Assembly (NCBI GenBank): GCA_000002445.1
Contig: CP000071.1
Span: 1,632,001 to 1,696,000, forward strand
Direction of reading: 5' to 3'
Length of the DNA stretch: 64,000 bases
Source: Trypanosoma brucei
Taxonomy: Eukaryota
The position numbers and the translations under genes are program-made. Under the pieces are notes generated by a model. The model ran no database searches and was not told the DNA's origin. It saw only the letters and a program-made list of their open reading frames with translations. Positions 54,435-64,000 of this stretch are shown in pieces. Position 1 is the first letter of the stretch, and each line of letters starts with the position of its first letter.

Positions 54435-55631
54435 ATGATGTACCGGTGGAGCCCCCCGTCACTCTCCAAAAAGGTGAAGGGAGATACATTTCTCTCTTCG
54501 CTGGCACAAAGGGTCGACAGTGTTGCTGCTACATCATCTTCTCGGCAGGAACCGGGAGGGACGCTGAGTAACTTGCGTTTGGGGTTGCGCGGAAGCAGTA
54601 CGATGTGCCGGAGCGCCTTTTCACTTCACTCCAACCAGAGTTTGGTGGGAAATCGTATATTTGAATGTCCAAACAAACATATTTTCTTGGATACTAATGC
54701 TTCCTATTGCCATTTGTGCCGCGAGCCGCTCGGAGTTTCTTCATTCACACATCTCTCTGACCGGGAGCATCACAATGTCCAGTTATTTCTCTTTCTATCC
54801 GCAGCATTCCCCCGCGGTACACTTCGTGACGCAACCGATCTATCAACGACTTTTGCAAAAACCACCTGGAGGGCGATTGGCAGAGGCGACAACACGGCAG
54901 GGGAATCAATCCTGTATCATCCGGATGAGGTGATGGATGACGCTGCCCGGTTCTGTCCTCGTCTTTTGGCCGCCGTGAAGGGTGGTTATGCACATACAGA
55001 ACAGGAGGCCCTACGCCGCGCCAGTCTGCAATCCATGCTTATTCTACTCAGTAGCGGGTCGATCACCTCGGACGGTGCCACTCGACGGGAACCGGCGGTA
55101 CTAGGAGTATTTCATGGTGATGTTTTACCTGAGTTGGCGCACAGCGGTGAACGACTTTTCAAGGGGGAGGTGTCACGTCTCATTGTGGAATGGTTCCCCG
55201 CGTTAAGTGCAGGAGTGGGCACACAGATAGCACACAAGTGCTGGGGCCGCTCTAATCTGGAGAGTGTTTTTGATGCCCTTCAGTTACAAACCCTAATAAA
55301 TCAGCGGTGCAACAGGGCAGCGGTGCGGGGGTCGGGGTCGGGGTGGAAAAGCACCTTGATGAAGGGACTTACAACTAAAACGGAGAAGGCAACATTTATG
55401 CGACTTCTGATGTGGGAGCTAACCACACGAAATGAAGATGTAGGTGGAGATACCAACGATGGCGTGTCTTTAAATAAAGTGGACCGCTTGCTTCTGGAGC
55501 TGACGAGGAAGCGACTTGCATTCGAGATGGTTTATCTCCAATCACTGAAGTACATGCATTTGGCGGATGCCCTTCTACAGGAGATGTCTTACCCATCCTT
55601 GGAAGATTTGGTATTAATAGGCGCAGCGTGA
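54435..55631 (+). CDS. U1/matrin-type C2H2 zinc-finger protein, tandem paralog 2
   Basis: 'YCHLCREPLGVSSFTHLSDREHHNVQ' has the same finger spacing. Collinear blocks 'LFLFLSAA', 'KCWGRSNLES', 'LTRKRLAFEMVYLQSLKYMH' match paralog 1 at roughly 30-35% identity by eye. Confidence 0.55.
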   Translation: MMYRWSPPSLSKKVKGDTFLSSLAQRVDSVAATSSSRQEPGGTLSNLRLGLRGSSTMCRSAFSLHSNQSLVGNRIFECPNKHIFLDTNASYCHLCREPLGVSSFTHLSDREHHNVQLFLFLSAAFPRGTLRDATDLSTTFAKTTWRAIGRGDNTAGESILYHPDEVMDDAARFCPRLLAAVKGGYAHTEQEALRRASLQSMLILLSSGSITSDGATRREPAVLGVFHGDVLPELAHSGERLFKGEVSRLIVEWFPALSAGVGTQIAHKCWGRSNLESVFDALQLQTLINQRCNRAAVRGSGSGWKSTLMKGLTTKTEKATFMRLLMWELTTRNEDVGGDTNDGVSLNKVDRLLLELTRKRLAFEMVYLQSLKYMHLADALLQEMSYPSLEDLVLIGAA

Positions 55632-56457
55632 TCCTGCTCCACGCGAAATTCTTATTGAGGGTTGTTGGTGATGTCGTGCGTATGATTGGAAAGGGGAGGT
55701 GTGAAGTGGTTTCTCACGTAGGTTGCTAAACTTTCCTTCTGATATCTACCCTTTGCTTTCACACCCCCATAGTAGCGGTCCATTGGGGAATTCGCATGTC
55801 TGGACTCTGACTAAATTAACGCAACTCCGTTCCCGCTATTTTTCCTTTTGCTACCACCATTGCTGTTATTACTATCATTATTTTTCTCCCATTCTGCATT
55901 CTTTTCTTTTTTTTTCTTTGACACAGTAACAACATCAGTTGTCACCTAAAAAAAAAAAGTGAAGAAGAGATGTAGGAATGTACATGAGAATACATCAACA
56001 AGCTTTGAGGGCGTGGTTTCAAATATGGTGAAAAGAGGTAAGCTTTGGAGGTGTGCAAAGGGGTAAGGAGTTTCTTTCGGTGCTTGCACAAGAAGTGGGA
56101 AAGAAAAACAGCAGGAAAAGTCACTTGGGTGATCATAATTTTTGTTTTTTAATCTCAAGAAATGGGGAGCGAAGGGGGAAGGCAGAAGGTGGACTTTATG
56201 GAACCTCAGTTACAGTTGATGATGGCGTTGAGCAGCAAATGAAGACGAGGAAATGATTCCACGCGTATCTACTTATTTTTATAAAGCGGAGAGGTGCCAC
56301 ATCAGCGATGCGAAGATTTATTAGTATCGGAAACTTCACACGCTGATCATTATCACCTTCATCTTTACTTAATAGTCAAGAGAAAAAACACAGTCGGAGA
56401 AAAAAATTTTTGGATGTAGGAGTTTGTTTATTTGCGTTCCTTTTTTCTTTTATGTAT

Positions 56458-56482
56458 GTGTGTGTGTGTGTGTGTGTCTGTG
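56458..56482. repeat. (TG)n dinucleotide microsatellite
   Basis: 'tgtgtgtgtgtgtgtgtgtctgtgtg' read directly. It lies in the leader of the NBS1-like gene and is followed by long T and T/G homopolymers (56500-56580). Confidence 0.9.
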
Positions 56483-56592
56483 TGTTTCTCCTTCACGAGG
56501 GGGAAAAAAAAATTCTTTTTGTATTGTTTTTTTTTCCATCATTTTTTCTGTTTTTTTTTTTTTGGGGGGTCTTCGTTAGCTCCACGAGGGTT

Positions 56593-59349
56593 ATGCACAT
56601 TATTGAAGTGAACCACGGGGCCGGTGAGTTGCATCGTTACCTTCTCCTTCCCGATGCCGCATACACTGTGGGGAGGAAGGAATGTCATATTTTGTTACCC
56701 ACAGGCGATCCATCAATTTCACGACACCACGCGAATATTCAAGTAGGCGTCATGCAATCTCGAGCACTGACTGATCCATCAGTACTCACAGCAGAGGTCA
56801 GTTTGCAAGACAATTCTAAGCATGGCACCCTTGTAAACGATGAACACGTCGGACGCGGCAACTGTAGATATATTTACACCGAAGATAGTATCAAGTTTGG
56901 GAAAAAAGTTACTGCACGTGTAGTGTCTGTCAGGATTGTGCTTGTGGAATCTTCGCAACTGCTTCATGATGAGCGTAAGGCACTGCGCAATGTGGCCCTG
57001 CTCCTGGGAGCTCTAATTGTGCAGGAACCCGCTCCGCTGCTGCTTGATTTCTTCGACATGCGCCTTTGCTGTACTGCGTTCCTGTACATTACACACAATG
57101 GTTACACTGTGACTCCAGAAACCCTTCTTGCACAACAACGAGGGTATCATATCACGACGGTGAAATATCTTCAGTCTTTGGAAAATGCGTTGTCGGAGGA
57201 CTGTGCGAGGGGAATGGAGGAGTTACCGCAACCCACAGCTGCACAACCCGGTGACACCAGTTTTCAAGTAACGGAGTATATGCGACCTGCTAAGGTATTC
57301 TACGATATACACGAGTTTCTCCTTTCGAAACCACTCCCCAATAAACTACTACGAAGTTACACCTTTGTGTTTCCGGACGTAGAAATCATGGAAAAATATG
57401 AGGTGCTATTAAAACACTGTGGCGCGGTGGTGGCGCACCAACCGGGGGAGTGCCCTTCAGAGTGGCAGTCACTTGACCCAGACAGTACTTCAGTCATAGT
57501 TGCTGGTGATGATATGTTTTTCAAGGTAAAGCGGGTGGCACTAACGAAACCAGAAAGAAATGGAACTCCCGAGTCTGAGGAAACTAACGGTGGAAACCGC
57601 CGCGCCTCAGCACTGGGCGAGGACCCAAAAACATCGGTGTATGTTTCCCTTTATGAAAATGGATTCGTTATTATACCAGAAAAAAACATCATGCGGGCGG
57701 CCTTCACAGGAAATCCGCTGGAGATCAACGGTAGGCCCTCTGCACCTTACCTCGCGCGTTCGGAAAGGGACACATTCCGTTCCCCTTCACCTATGGTGCG
57801 CGCCCCATCTCACGGCAGAACGAGCAATAATCATGTAGGAACTCTTCCATGTCGAGGAGCGTCCGCCGACCCGGTGGTAATGGCAGCGGAAGGAGATGAA
57901 AAGCCTCCACGCTTTACAGTGTCACCTCCGCCTCGAAGGGCCTCATCAGTGAGTGACGGGGCAGCTAAGAGTACCGGAGTCCGGGTGCTGCAGGAGTTGG
58001 AGGGAAATATTCTCAGGGTAGTTGACGTTAATAGACTCGGGGGAGAAGGGGAGAATGATGGAAATGCGTGTTTGTCCAAAAGTACAAGTAGTTTCGGTGG
58101 TGGTGGTGGTGGTACCTCAGAGGTCACCCCAACATCAAGGAAAAAGCACAAGCGTAAACCGTCTGCGAGCCGCGCGTCGGAGGAGGGGTCGCAGGTTAGA
58201 GCAGCCAGTGTTGACAGTAGTAGTGCGAGGTCGCAAGGGCAATACCGAGATAAATCTCCAGAGGGATTGTGCCCATCTTGGGAAAAACAAGGGGCCGTTG
58301 TTGTTCATACCGCGGAACAACTTTGGAAGACTGAGGGGGGTAGAATTTCCTCTTCGCGCGCGCGGATGTCGGCGTACAAAATGTCAAGACAATCCTCTTT
58401 TCTTACATCTGCTACCCCTTCTTCTGTGGGAGCCAAACCGCATGTCTCCACCGAAAAGCATGGCAGTGAGGACGGACAGCCATCGCAACCCCGATCCACG
58501 CCTTCGAGATCGATGAGAAGTGTGAGCCCACTGACAAAACGATCTGTAGTTGGACAGTCAGCTTCACGCAGGTTGGCACCAAGGCAAGCCTTAACCAAAC
58601 TATTCCCATGTGACGAGTTAGGGAGTCACAGCACATTGGGGGGCACGAGCATTTTTGATGTCACCTTCTGTCACACAGCACGCTGTGAGTCGTCTGGTAG
58701 ACATGCGAAGCGACAACTTCTTACCCACTGGCATAGAACTGTGGCAAAGGACAAGGTACGGGAAACGAAAAGCGCGCGCCTACCAGCCTCCCCACTCCGC
58801 AGCTTCTCCCCACTATTCCAGCGGTACAACAGCGGTACGGGAAGCAGTAGGCGTGGTGCTGGAAGCAGGGGAAGTAGTGCTCAGAAGGCAGACGGTGGCC
58901 GTGGAGAGCGCTACGCAGGATTGTTTTCGTCTAGTGTATCGTCAAGTAATGGAGCAAGCGCTGCGCTCCTTGCTCAACAGCAGGATGTCACCATCCGAAA
59001 ACGTTGCGAGGAGTTCTTGCGAAAGGTCCTCACGCCTTTAAATACCGAGGTGGATACAATCTGCAAGTTGATAATGAAACAGGGATACCTGGACGCAGAG
59101 AGCAAGAAAAAGTTGGAGATTGGCACCGAGTCACTCATCAAGTTTCTTACTTACATCCAGCGCGTGGAAACAAGCATACCACCGGCTCAAAGCACAGAGA
59201 GTACGCGGACTGTTACGAATCAAGTGCGACAGAAGTCACTCCTTCTTCGTCGACGAATTAAAGGAGCATACGAATCTGTGAAAGCAGAGATTCCCCCGTG
59301 GATGAACCAGCTACGTGAGGTACTTAGTGTCCGACCATTGGTCGTCTAA
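56593..59349 (+). CDS. NBS1: NBS1 (nibrin)-like DNA-damage response protein with N-terminal FHA domain
   Basis: 'GELHRYLLLPDAAYTVGRKECHILLPTGDPSISRHHANI … VSLQDNSKHGTLVNDEHV' parallels human NBS1 '[36 protein letters not shown] … LTLKDNSKYGTFVNEEKM'. A BRCT-like block follows ('SYTFVFPDVEIMEKYEVLLKHCGAVVAHQ'). Long Ser/Arg-rich disordered C-terminal half. The ORF-track start at 56410 translates a (TG)n microsatellite and a poly-T tract, so the in-frame ATG at 56593 (MHIIEVNHG) is used instead. Confidence 0.7.
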   Translation: MHIIEVNHGAGELHRYLLLPDAAYTVGRKECHILLPTGDPSISRHHANIQVGVMQSRALTDPSVLTAEVSLQDNSKHGTLVNDEHVGRGNCRYIYTEDSIKFGKKVTARVVSVRIVLVESSQLLHDERKALRNVALLLGALIVQEPAPLLLDFFDMRLCCTAFLYITHNGYTVTPETLLAQQRGYHITTVKYLQSLENALSEDCARGMEELPQPTAAQPGDTSFQVTEYMRPAKVFYDIHEFLLSKPLPNKLLRSYTFVFPDVEIMEKYEVLLKHCGAVVAHQPGECPSEWQSLDPDSTSVIVAGDDMFFKVKRVALTKPERNGTPESEETNGGNRRASALGEDPKTSVYVSLYENGFVIIPEKNIMRAAFTGNPLEINGRPSAPYLARSERDTFRSPSPMVRAPSHGRTSNNHVGTLPCRGASADPVVMAAEGDEKPPRFTVSPPPRRASSVSDGAAKSTGVRVLQELEGNILRVVDVNRLGGEGENDGNACLSKSTSSFGGGGGGTSEVTPTSRKKHKRKPSASRASEEGSQVRAASVDSSSARSQGQYRDKSPEGLCPSWEKQGAVVVHTAEQLWKTEGGRISSSRARMSAYKMSRQSSFLTSATPSSVGAKPHVSTEKHGSEDGQPSQPRSTPSRSMRSVSPLTKRSVVGQSASRRLAPRQALTKLFPCDELGSHSTLGGTSIFDVTFCHTARCESSGRHAKRQLLTHWHRTVAKDKVRETKSARLPASPLRSFSPLFQRYNSGTGSSRRGAGSRGSSAQKADGGRGERYAGLFSSSVSSSNGASAALLAQQQDVTIRKRCEEFLRKVLTPLNTEVDTICKLIMKQGYLDAESKKKLEIGTESLIKFLTYIQRVETSIPPAQSTESTRTVTNQVRQKSLLLRRRIKGAYESVKAEIPPWMNQLREVLSVRPLVV

Positions 59350-59568
59350 TACCCAACTACCGGATGTTATACACTAGCAAAGTGTGAAACAAAAGGAAAG
59401 TGGCGGCGGTGGGCGAATCACGATACGCCCGTCGTGGATTTATAAGAAGGTTTTAGTATGCATTCGTGCCGCGTTTTTTTATTTTTGCATTCCTCCCTTT
59501 CATATACGCGTGGCAATGACTTACACGAGGGGAGGAGGGGGGTGAACATGCTGGAGCCCCTCATGTTT

Positions 59569-59590
59569 CTGTGTGTGTGTGGGTGGGTGT
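59569..59590. repeat. (GT)n / (GTGG)n-type microsatellite
   Basis: 'tgtgtgtgtgtgggtgggtg' in the 3' intergenic region after the NBS1-like gene. Confidence 0.8.
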
Positions 59591-59795
59591 TTTAACGGCT
59601 CTGTTGTTGTCTATTGTTCTTATGATCCTCAATAACGCTGCCAGTCCATGAACGTGCGGTCGCAGTGTTCTTTATTTAGAGGGAGGGGAAGAGAAAAGGT
59701 GTGGCTTTGCACGGCGTGAAGAAGCCGACCGGCATGCGGATGAGAAAAATAGAGAGTGTGAAGAAGGGAACCTTAAAAACTTTCGGGAGCACTGT

Positions 59796-59812
59796 GTGTG
59801 TGTGTGTGTGTT
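59796..59812. repeat. (GT)n microsatellite
   Basis: 'gtgtgtgtgtgtgtgtg' read directly. Confidence 0.85.
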
Positions 59813-61430
59813 GGGTTACTCAGCGTTGTTTTACCATTGTTAGTGCATACATGTGCCAATGAAATACTGATTTTGTGGTGCTGTTTTCTTTTATTTTATT
59901 TTCATAATTAACAGGTTGAGTTTGTGCCTTTACCGTTAGGGTCCAGGGTTGGGAAAGAGGAGAAAAAACAGGGGGGGAGCAGCGTGGGCGCAAGAGAGTG
60001 GAGTGCAGTAACGCATGCAAGCAGTGACTTCATTCCTCCATCCTATTTATATTGCTCTCGCTCGCATTATTTATCATCGTTTTGTTTGTTAAAACTTCCC
60101 CCCCCCGTTCTCCGCGTTTTTTTCTTTCCAGGGTATGTCTGTTGCATTTATGCATATACTCTTTAACCCCCTCACCTTCTTTTCTGCTGATCGGGATGTT
60201 ATGCGGAACCGCATTCCTCAGGCCCAGCACTATTACATCGATTCTTTTTGTTTTTTTTTTAGGTGAGAAGAGCAAAAGCTGGTGTGTTTTCAAATGTTTT
60301 CTCATTACATCGCTTTGTGCCCCATTCCTTTCCTCGTCGATGCTTTTTTTACCTGTCGGGGTGTTACACCACATACATTCACTGTTCACTACCACCTGGG
60401 GGGAATGGGAGAGATGGTGCAGAGCATTCTGCGATTTAAAAAATATATATTATTATTATTATTTAAGGATGTATATGTATGCTTGTTTATTTACTTGTGT
60501 CGTGACACCTAAATGCAAACCCCGTATATGCGTTTCTCCTACCTCCCGGAGGACAGGTGGGGGAAATTACACGACATGCAAAAACCTCACGAGGGTGTCA
60601 TTTTGTTGTTAGTGTTCTTCGTGTTTTACTTCTCTTCTCTCGGCCATGCGTGCCCTCCTCCACTCTTTATGCACGTTTAAAGCGGAAATATATATATATA
60701 TATTCTTTGTTCCACCCTCCCCATCACGCAGTTCGGCATCTAGCACATAATATTTTTCTAGTGCGTATGAGTGTGGCCACGTGCTTACGTGTGTATGTTT
60801 TCTTTTTTTTTGGGGGGGGGGGGCTGCGTGAGTGGAATTCTGTTGTCGTTGTTGCGTTACTCCAAAAGGAGGGAATGAAGGAGAGAAGGAGGGGGGGGGG
60901 CATATCTCTTGTGCACACCGGGAAGTAGCTGTCACATCCTCTTACTACTGAAATCCCATCGAAAGCGAGGTGATAAGGGACGCACCCCCGTCTGTGTTAA
61001 AGGAGATTCGGTCAATGGATCAAAAGGCGGAAGAACAGGAAGAGGAATATGTAGAGACAAAAAGAGAAGTGGAGAGAATGGGAAAAAAAAGGGATGGAAA
61101 AGAAAATATAGGGGTTTATATGAGGGTTGTGTGGACTCGGCACCATAAACTGCGAAAAAGTGAGAAATGAAAACAACCAGTGGATCATATCTAAGGTGGA
61201 GGGAGTGAAGAAGTAAAAGGTTGGAAAAGCCGCAAACCAGGAAGCGGAAGGAGGAAACGAGGGAGATTCTTTTTTCACGAAGAGAGGGGGTAAATTGATG
61301 ATCCCCTTGACTTCCCCCTAATCCTTCTTCTTATTGCTGGTGGTGCTGCTTCCACCTTACCCTTCTGTGCCTGGAAAGCGATAGTGTAAAAACTAGCTTA
61401 TACTTCTGCAATATCACTGAGGGAGTGTTT

Positions 61431-61545
61431 ACTCTTGTTAGAAACAAACGAAGCTTATTTACTCTTTTTCCATTCTTTCTTCCACTTGCGTCTTTTTTTC
61501 TTTCGTGTTTCCCCCTTCCTTGGTGTTGTTTTGTCCCCAACGCCC
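61431..61545 (+). promoter_or_regulatory. Pyrimidine-rich tract upstream of TRM5 (putative SL acceptor region)
   Basis: 'ctctttttccattctttcttccacttgcgtctttttttctttcgtgtttcccccttccttggtgttgttttgtcccc', ending ~40 nt before the TRM5 ATG. Confidence 0.45.
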
Positions 61546-61581
61546 AGCTACGGGCATTTCGTACGTTGTTGAAGCTGTGCC

Positions 61582-63138
61582 ATGGAAGAGGCAGCAACCA
61601 TTGGTCAAGATACCGGGAACAGTACTGTCAGTGAGCCAATGGAATGTCCACGGTTGCTGCAGTCCATTGAGGTTGCGTCACTGCTGGTGCGCCCAATTCA
61701 TATAGTGGGTGATGTGTTGAAGGTCCTACGGGGCTGCTTGTTTAGCATGCGCGGGGTAAAAAATGTAGTGAATGGAGCTGCGGCAGACACGGCGGCTGGT
61801 GATGCGCAGGCGTGCAGAAAATTCCTTCTTGACCCAACTTTCCTTTCGCCCATCAGTATCCCCCAGCTTTCATCATCGTGCACTCTTGTATGGATGAGGG
61901 CAGATGATGTGTCGCTTCCCGCGGTTCTGCGTGACAAGTTAGTGCTCGTATCACAGGGTGCAGAGTCCCGAGCCGAACCTCTTCAAGTTGCACTTACCAC
62001 ACACACCGTGGATGTGACCTCTAAGAACTTCACCATGCCCGAATTGTTGCAAATGCTGCTTCCTCCAGGCATTACGGCATTAAGTGGATTCGAACAAATT
62101 GGGCACATCGCCCATGTGAACCTATCGGCTGAGCATCTGCCGTACAAAATGGCAATTGGTGCTGTTATCCTCAGCTGCAATCCAACGGTAAGTGTTGTCG
62201 TGAATAAGGTTAACTCAATATCCAGTGTGTTCCGCGAGTTCAAGATGGAAATCGTAGCCCATCGCCACTGCGGTGGGAACAGTAAAGGTAACAGTAGCAC
62301 TCACCGAGGCGGAGGGGGAAGCGTCGGCGTAGCAGGGAGCGGCGACCACAATCCAAGGACTAACGCTGAGGAAGAGGAAGCTCAACAACAACAACAACAA
62401 CTGCTTCTAGCTACTGTCCGGCAACACGGCTGCACCTTTCGTGTTCCATATGATCGCGTGTACTGGAATTCACGTCTGAGCCACGAGCACACACGCATTG
62501 TAGAACTCATGCAAAGGGGTGATGTTCTCTATGACGTTATGGCGGGTGTTGGTCCCTTTGCTGTTCCTGCCGCATCCGCCGGCGTCACTGTTTACGCAAA
62601 TGATCTCAACCCTGTAGCGGCCGAGTACCTGCGCATTAACGCGGATATAAATCACATACGAAAGGACTCCTTTCATATTTTCAACATAGATGGGCGTGAG
62701 TTCATGAACACAATCCTTTACAACGATGTCATAGCCAACAGCTCTCGGTGCGGCAGACGGCACGTAACAATGAATTTGCCCGCCATAGCTGTGGAATTTC
62801 TTGACGTCTTCGCTAAGAGGCCATGGATTCCGGAACCTGGAATGAAGGTGCGGGAGTCAAAGGAGAACCCCGACAAACGGGTGCTCTTTCATGTTTACTG
62901 TTTCTCAAAGAATGTGGAGGATTTCACCGGTGACGCAGTAAGACAGGTGACACGTTGGCTTTCTTTCGAGCTGAGAAAAGAGAATCTGGAGTTGGTTCAT
63001 GTGGTGCGGGACGTGGCACCCAAGAAGCGCATGGTGTGTGTGAGCTTCACTCTTCCTGATGCTTTCTGGCGCTGTCGATATGACAATATGGGGACGGAAA
63101 AGCAGATGCAGACTCTGAAGCGAGCGCGCGAGGGCTGA
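61582..63138 (+). CDS. TRM5: tRNA (guanine37-N1)-methyltransferase TRM5
   Basis: '[15 protein letters not shown]', '[52 protein letters not shown]', '[14 protein letters not shown]', '[19 protein letters not shown]' match Trm5/TRMT5 blocks (GHIAHLNL; DVFAGVGPFAIP; NDLNP; NLPA). A Gly/Gln-rich insertion lies between D1 and the MTase core. Confidence 0.85.
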   Translation: MEEAATIGQDTGNSTVSEPMECPRLLQSIEVASLLVRPIHIVGDVLKVLRGCLFSMRGVKNVVNGAAADTAAGDAQACRKFLLDPTFLSPISIPQLSSSCTLVWMRADDVSLPAVLRDKLVLVSQGAESRAEPLQVALTTHTVDVTSKNFTMPELLQMLLPPGITALSGFEQIGHIAHVNLSAEHLPYKMAIGAVILSCNPTVSVVVNKVNSISSVFREFKMEIVAHRHCGGNSKGNSSTHRGGGGSVGVAGSGDHNPRTNAEEEEAQQQQQQLLLATVRQHGCTFRVPYDRVYWNSRLSHEHTRIVELMQRGDVLYDVMAGVGPFAVPAASAGVTVYANDLNPVAAEYLRINADINHIRKDSFHIFNIDGREFMNTILYNDVIANSSRCGRRHVTMNLPAIAVEFLDVFAKRPWIPEPGMKVRESKENPDKRVLFHVYCFSKNVEDFTGDAVRQVTRWLSFELRKENLELVHVVRDVAPKKRMVCVSFTLPDAFWRCRYDNMGTEKQMQTLKRAREG

Positions 63139-63646
63139 GTTGAGTTGAGCTCCATCAACGGGACGTAATTCCGGGATGGTGCCTTCGTTGCGTTAGGTGT
63201 CTGATTTGTAGTCGTGGGCGGCATGTTAGCACCACAGGAGGTAAAGAGCTGATTTACCTTTGTGAGTAGCTGTAACCGCAGCGGGAGAACCCCTTTGATT
63301 GGGTAGTCAACGATAAACAACATTGTTTTCCCGTTTTGTGTAAGCAAATGAAAGGGTGTGTGCTTCTTTACGTGCGGCGTCATGAGAAATGATTGCTATT
63401 CGTATTCGGTTGCACAGAATGATATGTTGTGTTGAACCTTTGTGTCTCTGTTTTTGATCTTGATTTATATTGCTACGTTCCTTCTTCTTCCCTTCCCAAC
63501 ACTTCTGTGCCGCCGGTGACCGCATAAGTCTCTAATAGTCGGCCCCCAGCGACGTACCTCTCCTCCTCTTCCCGCAACTGTACATCGGGACAGGGGTGAA
63601 AGTAAATACACATCAAACCTGTGCCCAACGAAGGCTCGTGGAAAGC

Positions 63647-64000
63647 ATGAGCGACGAGGGGTTTGAAGATCTCTTTATATTGGACACCGACCCGGAGGAG
63701 TTGTACGAAGAGTTGGGCCCCATTGGTGTAGGGAACTATGGATCTGTTATAAAGGCACGGAACCGTCATACGCAGGAAATCACTGCCATCAAGCTCGTGT
63801 TGTTGGTTGACAAAGATGAGCGGGACTTCGTGCAGCGGGAGATTAGCATATTAAAGCATTGTAGGCACCCGAACATTGTGCACTACTATGGTGCTCACAA
63901 GTCTCTTAGTAAGTTATGGATTGTAATGGAGTACTGTGAAGGTGGATCCATTGATATGGTTTATAAGGTGTTGCGGCACCCCTTGCCAGAGCCACTGATT
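63647..64000 (+). CDS. STE20-like serine/threonine protein kinase, 5' partial (runs off the window end)
   Basis: Open frame from the ATG at 63647 to the window end. Gly-loop 'IGVGNYGSVIKA', VAIK-equivalent 'ITAIKLV', 'EISILKHCRHPNIVHYYGAH' and 'LWIVMEYCEGGS' are typical kinase subdomains I-V of the GCK/STE20 type. Confidence 0.7.
   Translation, partial: MSDEGFEDLFILDTDPEELYEELGPIGVGNYGSVIKARNRHTQEITAIKLVLLVDKDERDFVQREISILKHCRHPNIVHYYGAHKSLSKLWIVMEYCEGGSIDMVYKVLRHPLPEPLI

Noticed and set aside
56410-56592. N-terminal 61-codon extension of the NBS1-like ORF ('MDVGVCLFAF…CVCVCVCVCVF…FFFFWG')
   Set aside because: It is a translation of the (TG)n microsatellite and poly-T leader. The conserved NBS1 N-terminus begins at the in-frame ATG at 56593.

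Overview
This window reads as a chromosome-internal segment of a kinetoplastid nuclear genome, of Trypanosoma type. About 23 protein-coding genes, none with introns, all sit on the + strand with no strand-switch region, as expected for a single polycistronic transcription unit. Intergenic regions are long, rich in pyrimidines and microsatellites, consistent with trans-splicing and polyadenylation signals. I found no prokaryotic features (CRISPR, operons, mobile elements) and no convincing rRNA, tRNA or snoRNA genes.

Genes recognised directly from the translated ORFs (each is in the features list with its evidence):
- A CSN5/JAB1-type MPN+/JAMM metalloprotease.
- An IscA/HesB (Isa-type) Fe-S scaffold.
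- A SAM-methyltransferase-like protein with a spermidine-synthase fold.
- An auxin-efflux-carrier-family membrane transporter.
- A giant 4810-aa VPS13-family bridge-like lipid-transfer protein.
- A CUE-like plus glutaredoxin-like protein.
- Transaldolase.
- A USP-family deubiquitinase with a C-terminal ubiquitin-like domain and an NZF zinc finger.
- Dihydroorotase.
- A DEAD-box-derived pseudo-helicase carrying an RS-rich insert.
- A PLP-decarboxylase-like protein lacking the catalytic lysine.
- Two tandem, diverged paralogs with a U1/matrin-type C2H2 zinc finger.
- An NBS1 (nibrin) ortholog with an FHA domain.
- TRM5 tRNA (m1G37) methyltransferase.
- The 5' end of a STE20-like protein kinase.

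The most interesting candidates, all inferred from sequence only:
- Tandem DysF-like motifs at the C-terminus of the VPS13 protein.
- The catalytically dead decarboxylase as a possible prozyme.
- The RS-domain pseudo-helicase.
- The tandem zinc-finger paralog pair.

I do not see a bacterial-style defence or mobile system here.
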